In this document: one piece after another, positions 9,320 to 18,607 of the stretch | How positions within the stretch are numbered: position 1 is the first letter of the stretch | How the letters are laid out: every line of letters begins with the position of its first letter | Source: a bacterium | Lineage (GTDB): Bacteria; Patescibacteriota; Minisyncoccia; UBA6257; GWB1-50-10 | NCBI GenBank assembly: GCA_030647415.1 | Contig: JAUSKB010000011.1 | Span: 21,858-85,857, forward strand | DNA: 64,000 bases | Direction of reading: 5' to 3' | The notes under the pieces: generated by a model | The model's input: the letters and a program-made list of their open reading frames with translations, nothing else | Told to the model about the DNA's origin: nothing | The model's database searches: none | Translations under genes and position numbers: made by a program

Positions 9320-10669
9320 ATGTCTCTTCCGAAGAAATTCGCATTGTTCCTCGGCGACATCCTGCTTCTCTACGTCGCGCTTGCGGGCGCCCTCCTTATC
9401 CGCTACGGCGTGGGCGAGTTCGGCGCCTCGTTTGACACCCATGTGGGACCCTTCTCGAAACTCTTCCTCCTCTGGCTCATCGTCCTCTACATCGCTGACC
9501 TGTACCGCCCCGCCGCGCTCCGGAGCCGCGCGGCCATCTGGCGGTCGCTCATCCGCGTCGTTGCGATCGCCGTCGTCGCCTCCACCGTCGTCTTCTATTT
9601 GTTCGGGAGTGAGTTCTCGCTCACGCCAAAAACGAACCTCCTCATCTTCGGCGCCCTCTTCCTCGCCCTTGACGCGCTGTGGCGAACGACGGTGCGCTCC
9701 CGCTTCGCGGCTGGCGCAGCAAACCTCATCGTCGTCGGCGCCTCGCCCTTGACTGCGGCAACCATCGCGCACCTCCGGGAGAACCCGCAGACCGGCTACC
9801 GCGTGGTCGACTGGCTCGAACGGCCGGATGCCGCGGCGCTTCAAACCCTGCCCGCGCGGATTGCCGAGCACCGGGCGGGCATGGTTGTCTTCGAACGGCA
9901 GACGCTCCTGAACCCGGATGCGCTCGCCGCCGCCTACCGCCTCCTGCCCCGCGAGGTCGCGCTCTTGACCTCGACTGATATCTACGAGACGACCTTTGAG
10001 CGCGTGCCGCTCGCAGAAATTGACGAGACCTGGTTCATCCGGAACATCACCACCCGTCGTCGCTTCTACGACGCGCTGAAGCGCGCCCTCGACCTCGCGG
10101 CATCCGCCATCCTGCTCGTCGTTCTCTCGCCCCTCTTCCTCCTCATCGCCCTCATGGTCGGCGCGACCTCGCGGGGCCCGGTCATCTTCCGGCAATCACG
10201 AATTGGGAAGCTTGGCCGGCCGTTCACACTTTATAAGTTCCGCATCATGGTCAAAAACCACGACGGCTCGCCCGTCACACTCACGAACGACCCGCGGTTC
10301 ACCGGCATCGGAAAATTCCTCAACTTTACCCACCTAAACGAGCTCCCGCAGCTCTGGAACGTCCTCCGCGGCGACCTGTCCTTGACCGGCCCCCGGCCGG
10401 AGAGCGCCGAGCTCGTCGCCCAGTACGCATCCCTCCCCTACTACGACATCCGCCACGTGGTGAAGCCGGGCGTGACCGGCTGGGCGCAGATCAACTTCAA
10501 GCCGAGCACCTCGCGCGAGGAGGCCTTCGAGAAACTCTCCTACGACATCTACTACATCGCCCACCGCTCGCTCCTCCTCGACCTCCTCATCATTTTCCGA
10601 ACCGTGAAACACCTCGTTGCCCCCGTCCGCCAGAACGCGCCCGCCGACCTTGGCGGACAAACCCGCTAA
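9320..10669 (+). CDS. Polyprenyl-phosphate sugar phosphotransferase (WbaP/WcaJ/EpsL bacterial sugar transferase family), the initiating enzyme.
   Basis: An N-terminal TM region and a C-terminal catalytic domain with ...KFRIM...DELPQLWNVLRGDLSLTGPRPE...GWAQIN. ATG at 9320. Confidence 0.9.
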   Translation: MSLPKKFALFLGDILLLYVALAGALLIRYGVGEFGASFDTHVGPFSKLFLLWLIVLYIADLYRPAALRSRAAIWRSLIRVVAIAVVASTVVFYLFGSEFSLTPKTNLLIFGALFLALDALWRTTVRSRFAAGAANLIVVGASPLTAATIAHLRENPQTGYRVVDWLERPDAAALQTLPARIAEHRAGMVVFERQTLLNPDALAAAYRLLPREVALLTSTDIYETTFERVPLAEIDETWFIRNITTRRRFYDALKRALDLAASAILLVVLSPLFLLIALMVGATSRGPVIFRQSRIGKLGRPFTLYKFRIMVKNHDGSPVTLTNDPRFTGIGKFLNFTHLNELPQLWNVLRGDLSLTGPRPESAELVAQYASLPYYDIRHVVKPGVTGWAQINFKPSTSREEAFEKLSYDIYYIAHRSLLLDLLIIFRTVKHLVAPVRQNAPADLGGQTR

Positions 10670-10673
10670 CCCC

Positions 10674-12185
10674 ATGCTCGCCCCCCTTCGCGAACGCTTC
10701 GGTCGGGGCACGGCTCGCCTCCGCCGGTTACTCTTTGAGAATCGGAGCACCCGCCAAACCATCGCGAAAAACATGTTCTGGTTGAGCTTCGGCCAAATCG
10801 CCGGCCGGCTCATCAGGGCGTCGGTCATCATCTACGCCGCACGCGTCCTTGGCGCCGCGGACTACGGGGTATTCTCCTACGCGCTGGGACTCGCCGGATT
10901 CTTCACGATATTCGCAGACGTCGGCATCAACAGCATTCTGACGCGCGAGGTCTCCCAGAAGCCGGCCGAGCGGTCGCAGTACTTTGCGACGGCGCTCTGG
11001 ATAAAGTTCGGACTCCTCCTCGCCACGACCGCACTTGTCGTTTTCGTCGCTCCGTTCTTCTCGAAGATCGAGGCCGCGAGGGCACTCATCCCCTTCGTCG
11101 CCCTCCTCACCATCTTCGACGGCATCCGCGAGTTCGTAAATTCGTTTCTCCGCGCCCTCGAACGGATGGAGCTCGAGGCGTTCGCGAACACGGTGACAAA
11201 CGTCGCCATCACCGCGGCGGGGTTCATCATCCTCTCATTCTCCGCGACCGCGTATTCGCTCACAATGGTCTACGCGCTCGCGGGAAGCGTCGGCGCGCTC
11301 TTCGCGGTGTTCCTGCTCCGGAAGGAGTTCCGTGGCGCCTTCTCGAACTTCCGCCGTTCCCTCCTCCGCCCGCTCATCACCGCCGCGCTACCTATTGCGC
11401 TCATGGGCCTCCTCGGCGCGTTTATGCTAAACACCGATATGATTATGCTGGGCTGGTTGCGAACACCGGAAGAACTCGGCTTCTACTCATCGGCACAGAA
11501 GATCGTGCAGGTGCTCTACGTCATCCCCGGCATCCTCGCCTCCGCAATCTTCCCCGTCTTGGCGCGTCTCATCGGTCAGGCGCGGCACCGCGACGTGCGC
11601 ACGCTTATGGAGCGCACGATCACCGCGGCGTTCCTCGTCGCGATACCACTCACCATCGGCGGCGCCGTTCTTGCGAAGCCCATCATGTCGTTCCTCTACG
11701 GCGCGGAGTACATCCCGGGTGCGGCCGCATTCCAGTTTCTCATCGCGACCACACTCATCGCATTCCCCGGAACACTCGTCGGAAATCTCATCCTTGCCTA
11801 CAACAAACAGAAAAGCGTCGTGTGGGGGGTCGCGCTGGGGAGTATTGGCAACATCGCGTTCAACGCCCTCCTCATCCCGATACTCGGTATTATGGGCGCG
11901 GCCATCGCCACCGTCATCGCGCAGTTTTTGAGCAACGGCTACATGTGGCACGTTATACGAAAGACGAACCAATTTGAGACATTCTCACACCTCAAAAAAA
12001 TCGTCGCGGCGGGTATCATCATGGGTGTCTGCGCCGGAATTCTAAATGTGCTCGGTATCCACGTGCTCGCGACCATTGCGGCCGCCGGCCTCATATACGC
12101 GGGGTTGCTCTGGCTCCTCAAAGAACCGGCCGTAGCCGAACTCATGGCGCTAAAACAGGCTATCCAGCCGAAACCGGAAATATGA
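10674..12185 (+). CDS. wzx: Wzx-type polysaccharide flippase (MOP superfamily), copy 1.
   Basis: A polytopic membrane protein with YAARVLGAADYGVFSYALGL. A paralog lies at 24599..26062. The track ORF starts at 10617 and overlaps the upstream gene. The ATG at 10674 lies 4 nt after the upstream stop. Confidence 0.8.
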   Translation: MLAPLRERFGRGTARLRRLLFENRSTRQTIAKNMFWLSFGQIAGRLIRASVIIYAARVLGAADYGVFSYALGLAGFFTIFADVGINSILTREVSQKPAERSQYFATALWIKFGLLLATTALVVFVAPFFSKIEAARALIPFVALLTIFDGIREFVNSFLRALERMELEAFANTVTNVAITAAGFIILSFSATAYSLTMVYALAGSVGALFAVFLLRKEFRGAFSNFRRSLLRPLITAALPIALMGLLGAFMLNTDMIMLGWLRTPEELGFYSSAQKIVQVLYVIPGILASAIFPVLARLIGQARHRDVRTLMERTITAAFLVAIPLTIGGAVLAKPIMSFLYGAEYIPGAAAFQFLIATTLIAFPGTLVGNLILAYNKQKSVVWGVALGSIGNIAFNALLIPILGIMGAAIATVIAQFLSNGYMWHVIRKTNQFETFSHLKKIVAAGIIMGVCAGILNVLGIHVLATIAAAGLIYAGLLWLLKEPAVAELMALKQAIQPKPEI

Positions 12186-12236
12186 ACAACCGCACCCAAG
12201 CGGTGCGGTATCCGCTTGCGGTATTGGCGGTTGTTC

Positions 12237-12262
12237 ACCCCGCCACGGCGGGGTTTTATTGT
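12237..12262 (+). terminator. Rho-independent terminator after wzx.
   Basis: CCCCGCC-acg-GGCGGGG followed by TTTTATT. Confidence 0.6.
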
Positions 12263-12321
12263 TTGTATCTCCATTCATCCGCGCCGCACGTGACGCGGTA
12301 TTCTGGAGACAAACAATAAAT

Positions 12322-12350
12322 TTGAAAAATCTCTTCCAGCGAATTATACT
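12322..12350 (+). promoter_or_regulatory. Sigma70-like promoter TTGAAA-N17-TATACT, with an AAGGAG RBS 8 nt before the ATG at 12396.
   Basis: The hexamers and spacing were read directly from the sequence. Confidence 0.5.
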
Positions 12351-12395
12351 AGCGCTAGTTCACTAAAACATTACATCATATAAGGAGATGCACCG

Positions 12396-12950
12396 ATGGG
12401 GAAAATCGGTATTTTTTTACGCGATTCAATCAAGGCGGGTCTCATCGCGACCCTCGTCATCCTCTTTCTCGTGTCGCTCGTCTCGGGAAAGACAATGCTA
12501 TCTCTATTCCTCGGCGTCGGCGGCTTGTTCGCCGCGACCGTCTGGGGACAGATCGCCTCGGGGCTCGGCGCGGCCGTGGCCGTCGGCATCGTGACCATGG
12601 CGGCGCGAAAACACAACGGCATGCGGGAATGGCTCATCAAGCGGATTCCCAAAAGGGTCCTTGGAGAACCAGTCGTGCGATGTCAGTTAGTCCCGGGAGG
12701 CGCAGTGCTGGTCGGGACGCTCATTAAGGTCGAGGGCAGGTTCGCGCATGTTCGACAGTTCAATGGGTGGATGCTCGCGATCACCTGGCTCAAGTGGGAA
12801 TTTCCCGTCGAGCTCATCGAGTACGTACGCGACGCAAACGGCAACCAGCGGATGGGGCTCGATCTTATTTTGGAGATCTGTGGATGGGGCGGCCAGAACG
12901 GGAACGGCGCGAACGGCTCGGTAAAAAAATCAGAGGCTCACGTGACGTGA
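12396..12950 (+). CDS. Hypothetical small membrane protein.
   Basis: N-terminal TM helices, a good RBS and promoter, and a terminator. No recognisable family. Confidence 0.55.
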   Translation: MGKIGIFLRDSIKAGLIATLVILFLVSLVSGKTMLSLFLGVGGLFAATVWGQIASGLGAAVAVGIVTMAARKHNGMREWLIKRIPKRVLGEPVVRCQLVPGGAVLVGTLIKVEGRFAHVRQFNGWMLAITWLKWEFPVELIEYVRDANGNQRMGLDLILEICGWGGQNGNGANGSVKKSEAHVT

Positions 12951-12965
12951 GCCTCTTTTAATTTT
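12933..12965. terminator. Bidirectional rho-independent terminator between convergent genes.
   Basis: A 23-bp perfect hairpin GAGGCTCACGTgACGTGAGCCTC followed by TTTTAATTTT. It overlaps the stop of 12396..12950. Confidence 0.7.
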
Positions 12966-14169
12966 GGTGGTCGCGGAGAAACCCGTGACATACGTCCGCG
13001 ATGCGATCCGCAGCGTGCCCGTCGCCGAAGAGCGTCCGTGGCACCGCCATGGCCGCATGGACTGTGGAGTCGTCCAGTATTTTCTCCGTCTCGAGGACAA
13101 TCCGCTCCGGATCGGTCCCCGCGAGTACCGCGGCACCCGCGGTGACCACCTCCGGACGCTCGGTGACGTCGCGCAGGATGACGACCGGCGTCCCCAGGAA
13201 CGACGCCTCCTCCTGCACGCCGCCGGAATCGGTGAGGATGACGACCGCCGTCCGCATGAGCCAGACGAAGAGCTCATAGTCGAGCGGCGGCACGATACAT
13301 ACCCCTGGAACCCCGTCGAGCGACGCGTGCAGGGCGCGCTCTACGTTCGGGTTCGGGTGCGCGGGAAGGACGATGCGGAGATTCGGGTACTGCGCCGAGA
13401 GTGTGCGGAGCGCCTGAAAGATGTTCGTGAGTCCCGTGCCGAAGCTTTCGCGACGGTGCGCCGTCGCGAGCACGAGGGTCGTTTGGCTAACGTCAATACC
13501 GGTCAATGACCTAAATCGTTCGGCGACGCGCACCGCCTCCCGCGGGTCCGCGAGGCGTTCAATTGTCGCACGAAGCGCATCGATGGCGGTGTTTCCTACC
13601 AGGTGGATTCGGCTTGGGTCAATTCCTTCACGTCGGAGATTCTGGGCCGCCTGCGGCGTGGGAGCAAAGTGAACGTCGGCGAGCCGGGAAACCAAGGTGC
13701 GGTTCATCTCCTCGGGGAACGGGCGGTACTTGTCGTACGTGCGGAGCCCCGCCTCCACATGCGCGATGGGAATCTTTAGGTGGAAGGCGAGGAATGCGGC
13801 GATGAAGACCGTCGAGGTGTCGCCCTGCACTACGAGAAGCTTCGGACGGCGGCGCAGGATGCGCAAAAATCGCAGTAGCCCCATACCGCTCCGAGCGAGC
13901 GACCAGAGGCGCCCCACAACACTTGCCGCCGACGAAAAGAGCGCCTGGTCGGACAGGGAGACGGGGAGGTCGTAGGTCGGCGTGAGCGAAAAGGCGCGGA
14001 GCGCCTGGTCGGCAAGCGCCGTATGTTGCCGAAAGAGGCAGGTCGCCACACGGATGCCGGCCTGCTCAAGCGCATGGACCACCGGCACGAGCTTGATAAT
14101 CTCGGGGCGCGTTCCGAACACCACGAGAACGTCGGGAGGGTCGCCGTGATGGCGCGCCGCACGGGTCAT
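12958..14169 (-). CDS. wecB: UDP-N-acetylglucosamine 2-epimerase (non-hydrolysing).
   Basis: VVFGTRPEIIKL ... HVEAGLRT motifs. The ATG at 14169 abuts the upstream gene stop. The track N-terminal extension is GC-rich read-through. Confidence 0.85.
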   Translation of the reverse strand: MTRAARHHGDPPDVLVVFGTRPEIIKLVPVVHALEQAGIRVATCLFRQHTALADQALRAFSLTPTYDLPVSLSDQALFSSAASVVGRLWSLARSGMGLLRFLRILRRRPKLLVVQGDTSTVFIAAFLAFHLKIPIAHVEAGLRTYDKYRPFPEEMNRTLVSRLADVHFAPTPQAAQNLRREGIDPSRIHLVGNTAIDALRATIERLADPREAVRVAERFRSLTGIDVSQTTLVLATAHRRESFGTGLTNIFQALRTLSAQYPNLRIVLPAHPNPNVERALHASLDGVPGVCIVPPLDYELFVWLMRTAVVILTDSGGVQEEASFLGTPVVILRDVTERPEVVTAGAAVLAGTDPERIVLETEKILDDSTVHAAMAVPRTLFGDGHAADRIADVCHGFLRDHQN

Positions 14170-15410
14170 GCGGGTTGACGCTCGCCACGCCCCTCCGCGA
14201 GCACCCGCTCCCACGCCGCGATACCGACCTTCTTCGAAAAGTGCGTCGTGAGGTACCGGTAGCCGTTCGCGCCGAGCGCGGGGAGTGTCGCACGGGCGTC
14301 GTAGGCGGCGCGAAATGCCGCGACGACTGCCGTGCGGTCATCGGACACCGCCGCGAACCCGCACTCGGCCTCACGAACGATTCGGAGCGCGTCGCTCTCC
14401 GTATGCACCGCGACGACCACCGGAACGCCCGCCGCCATGTACCCCATGAGCTTCGCCGGGACCGCCGGCGTCGTGTTCTTCGACGTGAGCGTTGCGATGC
14501 CCACGCTCATCGCCTTCACGAGCTCCGGATACTCCGCGCTGGAGACGAATGGTTTGAATATGACGTTTTCCAGTTTTCGTTCGCGAGCTACACCCTCGAG
14601 CCGCGCGCGGTCCGTACCGTCGCCCACGAAGAGGAACTTCACTCTCGGCACGGCGCGGAACGATTCCGCTGCATCGAGCACCAGGTCGAGCCCCTGCGAG
14701 GGACCCAAGACGCCCGCAAAGAGGAAGACGAAATCGTTCGCCAAACCCCATGCCGTGCGGAACCGGTTGCCGACCGGCGCCGCATCAAAGGGTACGGTGT
14801 CGATCCAGTGCGGAATGACGCGGAGCTTCGCCGCTGGAACGCTACGCCGGTCCGTGAGGTAGCGGGCGTGCAACGCAGACGGAACCACGATTGTCTCGGC
14901 GCGCCGGTACACCGTCCGCTCCATCGGGCCGAAGAAGAGCTGGATGAGCGGCTTCTGCCATGTGGCGACGAGGTCAATGCCGTTCTGGGGAAAAATGTCG
15001 TGAATGTTCGGGATAAATCGGGCGCCATAGCGGTGGGCGAGGCGCGAGGCGGCGAGCGCGAGCGGCAGGGGCGGGCTGTGGACGATGACTGCATCAAACG
15101 GGCCGCGAATCGAGCGTCGAACCGCCCGGGCGAAAACGCCGGGCAGGAGGAGCTGCGAGATGCCCCGAACGAGATACGGCACCTTGTGGTGCGGGAGCGT
15201 CGCAATGCGGACCACGCGCACGCCGCGGCGCACCTCGTCGCGCGGCACCTCCTCGGCGACCGTCCCCGGCGCGAGGTTGTAGGCGGGGACGGTCGTCGCA
15301 ACCGTCACCTCGTGGCCGTTCTCCGCGAGCCCTTCCGCTAACTCCGCCATGAGCTGGGAGGCCGAGCGGAGCTCCGGCGGGTAGGAATCAGTGACGATGA
15401 GGAGTTTCAT
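14166..15410 (-). CDS. GT4 (group 1) glycosyltransferase.
   Basis: A C-terminal GT-B motif region (EGFGLPVLEAMAAG-like: KLMGYMAAGVPVV). ATG at 15410. Confidence 0.85.
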   Translation of the reverse strand: MKLLIVTDSYPPELRSASQLMAELAEGLAENGHEVTVATTVPAYNLAPGTVAEEVPRDEVRRGVRVVRIATLPHHKVPYLVRGISQLLLPGVFARAVRRSIRGPFDAVIVHSPPLPLALAASRLAHRYGARFIPNIHDIFPQNGIDLVATWQKPLIQLFFGPMERTVYRRAETIVVPSALHARYLTDRRSVPAAKLRVIPHWIDTVPFDAAPVGNRFRTAWGLANDFVFLFAGVLGPSQGLDLVLDAAESFRAVPRVKFLFVGDGTDRARLEGVARERKLENVIFKPFVSSAEYPELVKAMSVGIATLTSKNTTPAVPAKLMGYMAAGVPVVVAVHTESDALRIVREAECGFAAVSDDRTAVVAAFRAAYDARATLPALGANGYRYLTTHFSKKVGIAAWERVLAEGRGERQPA

Positions 15411-15450
15411 GGAAATTTATTAAGAAACCGATGTGTAATGGTTTCTGTGT

Positions 15451-15906
15451 CTAGATAATTTCAGTCAATTCAGATAGTGAGTGGATGATAAAGGTTGGTG
15501 TTTTCGTTTCTTCATTTGGTAGCTCATTCTCAAATTTTCCTTTCTGTAACCATACCGTGGGATGATTGCGTAGATTGCCATATTTTATCCCACGAATAAT
15601 GCGGTCGTCGACGATGAGAATTTCTTCCCGCGGTAGATCGAGCTTCGCAACAACCTCGTCCAAAATTTTATCCTTATCTTCATCCGTAACCGCGGCTACC
15701 TCGAAGAACTTTCGTAGCGGGGAGTTCTCAATCTGCTTTGTCCGTTCCTCCAAACTCGCGTTTGCATGAATGCTCACAAGTGAAGCAACGGCCAACCGAT
15801 ACCCACGCTTCCGGCACAGTACCAAAATCTCCTCAGCTTCGGGAAATTCATTCTTCGTTTCCGAATCAAAAAGAGTTCTCCCCCAATCAAAAATAATTGC
15901 TTTCAT
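15451..15906 (-). CDS. HAD-superfamily hydrolase, a probable sugar-phosphate or nucleotide phosphatase. Low-GC gene.
   Basis: MKAIIFDWGRTLFD (DxD/HAD motif I), ...LIVDDR. The track start is TTG at 15954. An internal ATG (M17) is preferred. GC content is about 40%, against 65% in the neighbours. Confidence 0.65.
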   Translation of the reverse strand: MKAIIFDWGRTLFDSETKNEFPEAEEILVLCRKRGYRLAVASLVSIHANASLEERTKQIENSPLRKFFEVAAVTDEDKDKILDEVVAKLDLPREEILIVDDRIIRGIKYGNLRNHPTVWLQKGKFENELPNEETKTPTFIIHSLSELTEII

Positions 15907-16043
15907 ATTCCCTCCCTTGCATTCTAGACCCCAACACGGGCGACGCAAGCTCAAGACTGAATACAGAAGGCGCTACGGGGATAGTTGGCAAGATGGTATC
16001 TACAAAACCTTGTTTTGCTACATAGAGGGATTAGACTTCCTAT

Positions 16044-16523
16044 ATGGAGGATATGTCCAATTACGAGAAGTTGAGAGGGGACGCACAAAAGTTCTACAGC
16101 GAAATCGGAAGTGTCTTCTCCCCTGCTTTTAGCCAAAAAGTACAGTTCAGCTCGGAGGGATTTAACCATATTATCTTCAAAAGCCCTCGAACTGAACGGG
16201 AGAGGTCATCCCAGATTTTGCGATTAAAATTACTACCCTTAGCAATCAAACTCGTGGCAGACTCGACCACACACCAGGAATTCGAGGAGTCTTTGAAGGA
16301 ATTTGATGTTATGAGATTTAAGAAAAGGGCCAGAAAAACAATGATGGTCAGGTATTGGGGCATCATCGCAATCGTAGAGGGAAGAAAAATCAAGGTGATT
16401 ATCAGGAAGGTGGGCGATAATGGTGCCATGCATTTCTGGAGCATCGTGCCAGCCTGGGCAACCAACAAATATCGCGACCAAAAGCTATTCACCACAATGA
16501 AGGGGAACCCGGAAGAAGATTGA
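16044..16523 (+). CDS. Hypothetical protein (159 aa) with no recognised family, in a low-GC insert.
   Basis: A clean ORF followed by a strong terminator. Its composition differs from the flanking sequence. Confidence 0.45.
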   Translation: MEDMSNYEKLRGDAQKFYSEIGSVFSPAFSQKVQFSSEGFNHIIFKSPRTERERSSQILRLKLLPLAIKLVADSTTHQEFEESLKEFDVMRFKKRARKTMMVRYWGIIAIVEGRKIKVIIRKVGDNGAMHFWSIVPAWATNKYRDQKLFTTMKGNPEED

Positions 16524-16532
16524 AAACAAAAA

Positions 16533-16558
16533 GACCGCTCGCACGCGGTCCTTTTGTT
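16533..16558 (+). terminator. Rho-independent terminator.
   Basis: GACCGC-tcgcac-GCGGTC followed by CTTTTGTTGT. Confidence 0.6.
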
Positions 16559-16736
16559 GTGCCTGCCTTCAGCTTTGGTATTAGCCGAATAGGGCTGGCG
16601 CCCCACAAGCACAATCTTAGTATATACCATAGGTAATGGGAAGTTGTCCACATATCCAATATGAGTGGTTTTAATTGGGTAATTCACCCTTCTTAATCAT
16701 TCCATGGAGGATCCCAGAGTGGGAGGATACAAGTCC

Positions 16737-16801
16737 GACATTCCAATGTTCCGCGGAACATTGGAATGTCATACTGTGCCTGTTACCGTGTCTGTTACCG
16801 T
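16737..16801. promoter_or_regulatory. A 34-bp perfect palindrome (GACATTCCAATGTTCCG|CGGAACATTGGAATGTC) followed by a tandem 11-mer CTGTTACCGTG x2. It sits upstream of and overlapping the start of the oxidoreductase fusion gene.
   Basis: Perfect reverse-complement symmetry was verified base by base. The direct repeat lies at 16779-89 and 16791-801. Confidence 0.5.
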
Positions 16802-16840
16802 GCCTTTTCTGAATGGAGCGAGCGACGTATACTATATTTC

Positions 16841-18607
16841 ATGCGCATCCTGACCGGCAAGAAGTGGCGCGGGGGGTTCCTCGACTACCACCGGAACAAG
16901 AAGGAGTACCGAATCCAGGTGCTCGCATGGAAAAATCTTGAAAAACTCGAGAACGTCTACCACACCCGGCCCAAGAGCCTCCGCCTCCTCTGGAACTACC
17001 TCCCCGTCGTGGGGTTCGAAGGGCTCCTCACGAAGACCTGGTCTCGGCTCCGCGAGGACCGGCGGAACGAAAAGTACGTTGCCTGCGGCGTCGGTACCGT
17101 CATCGAGGGCGCCGGCGACGCACGATTCCCCATAGGTTCCATTGTCTGCTTCGTCGCGCCCTGGCACCCCGCGCTCGCGGAGCGCGTCGTCCTCCCCGAG
17201 GAGCTCGTCTTCGCCATCGATACGGCCGCGACGCCGAAGGTCCCCGACGGGACCATCCTCCACGCGCCGCTCGCGCGCGGAAAGAACGAGCTTCCCTGGT
17301 GGAAGCCGGTGCGCGCGTGGAGCACGTACGCCGGCATCGCGCTCTCCACGGAAACGATCTCCGAGCTTGAGCGAGGGCTCCGCATCGAGCTCTCAGCGAC
17401 CGACTGGTCACGGGCGGACCGCATGAACGCGTCCCACCCCGCGCCTGTCGCTCTCGTCCATGGCGGCGTCCCCACGTCAGGGCACTCAAACCAGCAACTG
17501 ACCCGCCTCGCCCGACGAGCGGGCGAGTCGAGGCGGGCAACCGATGGTTCTACAAGCTCACCATCTCTTCGAGAGCCTGAGGGCTCCTCAGAGCCTCGAA
17601 CGGCCCGAGCAGAGTCGAGGGACAACCGACAACCGAAGATGGGGATTCTCTACGGGTTCGGCAACTACGCGAAAACCAACATCATCCCCTACTCGAGGCC
17701 CTTCGTGAACATACGGACGGTCCACGAGATCGACCCCACGCAGATCGCCGGCGCGCACCGCGTGGAGCGATGGGAATCGTCCCCGTTCCCGGCAGAGAAC
17801 GAGCGGGCCGAGGTCTACTTCGTGGCGAGCTACAACCACACCCACGTCCCCATCACCCTCCACGCCCTTGCGCAGGGGGCCTACGTCGTCGTCGAAAAGC
17901 CCGTCGTGATGGACCACGACGAGCTCGCGGAGGTCGAGGTTGCGCTCCGGAAGGCGGGGCGGAAGCTCTTCGTCGGATTCCATAAACGGTACGGGCTTTT
18001 CAACCGGCTGGCGCTCGAGGACCTCAAGGTAGAGCCGGGCGAGCCCATCTCCTACCACTCCATCGTGTACGAGCTCATCCAGCCCGAGTTCTTCTGGTAC
18101 AACTGGCCGGTTTCGCGGAGCACCTTCCTCTCGAACGGCTGCCACCAGGTGGACCACTTCCTCCACCTGAATGGCTTCTCGAAGCCGAAAGACGCAGGAA
18201 TCAAGCTGCTCCAAGACGACGCCGTCGAGGTATGGATCGAACTTGAAAACGGGGCGTCCTTCACCACCACGTTCAGCGAGAAGGGCGTTTCGCGCGTCGG
18301 CCCGCGGGACCACGTGGAGCTGAAGGTACACGGCCGGAACGTGCGCATCACGGACGCCATCCGGTACCAGTCCGAGGATAACCACCGCATCATCCGGCGG
18401 AGGCGCATCGTGAAGACAAACAGCTACAAGGACATGTACCGGACCATCTGCGCGAAGATCGCGGCAAACGAACCGGGCGACACCATTGAGTCTGTCCTCA
18501 TCACCTCAAAAATCATGCTCGACCTCGAGGAGAAGCTCCAACACATGAAACATTGGGGTACTAGATACGATATCGCAAAGAAAGAGTTTGAAAAGCGTTT
18601 CTTCTAA
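16841..18607 (+). CDS. Fusion protein. An unknown N-terminal domain of about 250 aa is joined by a low-complexity linker to a C-terminal Gfo/Idh/MocA-family NAD(P) oxidoreductase, a putative sugar dehydrogenase.
   Basis: The C-terminal half has a Rossmann fold and the VVVEKP motif typical of Gfo/Idh/MocA. The linker is RRAGESRRATDGSTSSPSLREPEGSSEPRTARAESRD. The ATG at 16841 (MRILTGKKW) is preferred over the track start at 16766. Confidence 0.6.
   Translation: MRILTGKKWRGGFLDYHRNKKEYRIQVLAWKNLEKLENVYHTRPKSLRLLWNYLPVVGFEGLLTKTWSRLREDRRNEKYVACGVGTVIEGAGDARFPIGSIVCFVAPWHPALAERVVLPEELVFAIDTAATPKVPDGTILHAPLARGKNELPWWKPVRAWSTYAGIALSTETISELERGLRIELSATDWSRADRMNASHPAPVALVHGGVPTSGHSNQQLTRLARRAGESRRATDGSTSSPSLREPEGSSEPRTARAESRDNRQPKMGILYGFGNYAKTNIIPYSRPFVNIRTVHEIDPTQIAGAHRVERWESSPFPAENERAEVYFVASYNHTHVPITLHALAQGAYVVVEKPVVMDHDELAEVEVALRKAGRKLFVGFHKRYGLFNRLALEDLKVEPGEPISYHSIVYELIQPEFFWYNWPVSRSTFLSNGCHQVDHFLHLNGFSKPKDAGIKLLQDDAVEVWIELENGASFTTTFSEKGVSRVGPRDHVELKVHGRNVRITDAIRYQSEDNHRIIRRRRIVKTNSYKDMYRTICAKIAANEPGDTIESVLITSKIMLDLEEKLQHMKHWGTRYDIAKKEFEKRFF

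Noticed and set aside
9287-10195. A 302-aa minus-strand ORF overlapping the sugar transferase, along with 9381..9752 and 9679..9978.
   Set aside because: Charged, Arg/Glu/Gly-rich GC-shadow ORFs. The plus-strand gene has unmistakable WbaP motifs.
12958-14214. The long N-terminal extensions offered by the ORF track, for example MGAGARGGAWRASTRMTRAARHHGD on wecB. Similar TTG-initiated extensions occur on gmhA, the 38183..39565 dehydrogenase, the 49461..50666 methyltransferase and the 59223..62870 surface protein.
   Set aside because: The track accepts TTG/GTG starts and takes the longest ORF. In each case an internal ATG begins the conserved domain or a signal peptide and removes overlap with the upstream gene.
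14175-15341. A 388-aa plus-strand ORF and other long ORFs (14639..15301, 14332..14862) over the GT4 gene.
   Set aside because: Arg-rich shadow frames of a high-GC gene, with no domain signatures.
17588-18385. A 265-aa minus-strand ORF, along with 16996..17625, inside the oxidoreductase gene.
   Set aside because: Antisense shadows. The plus frame carries Gfo/Idh/MocA motifs.
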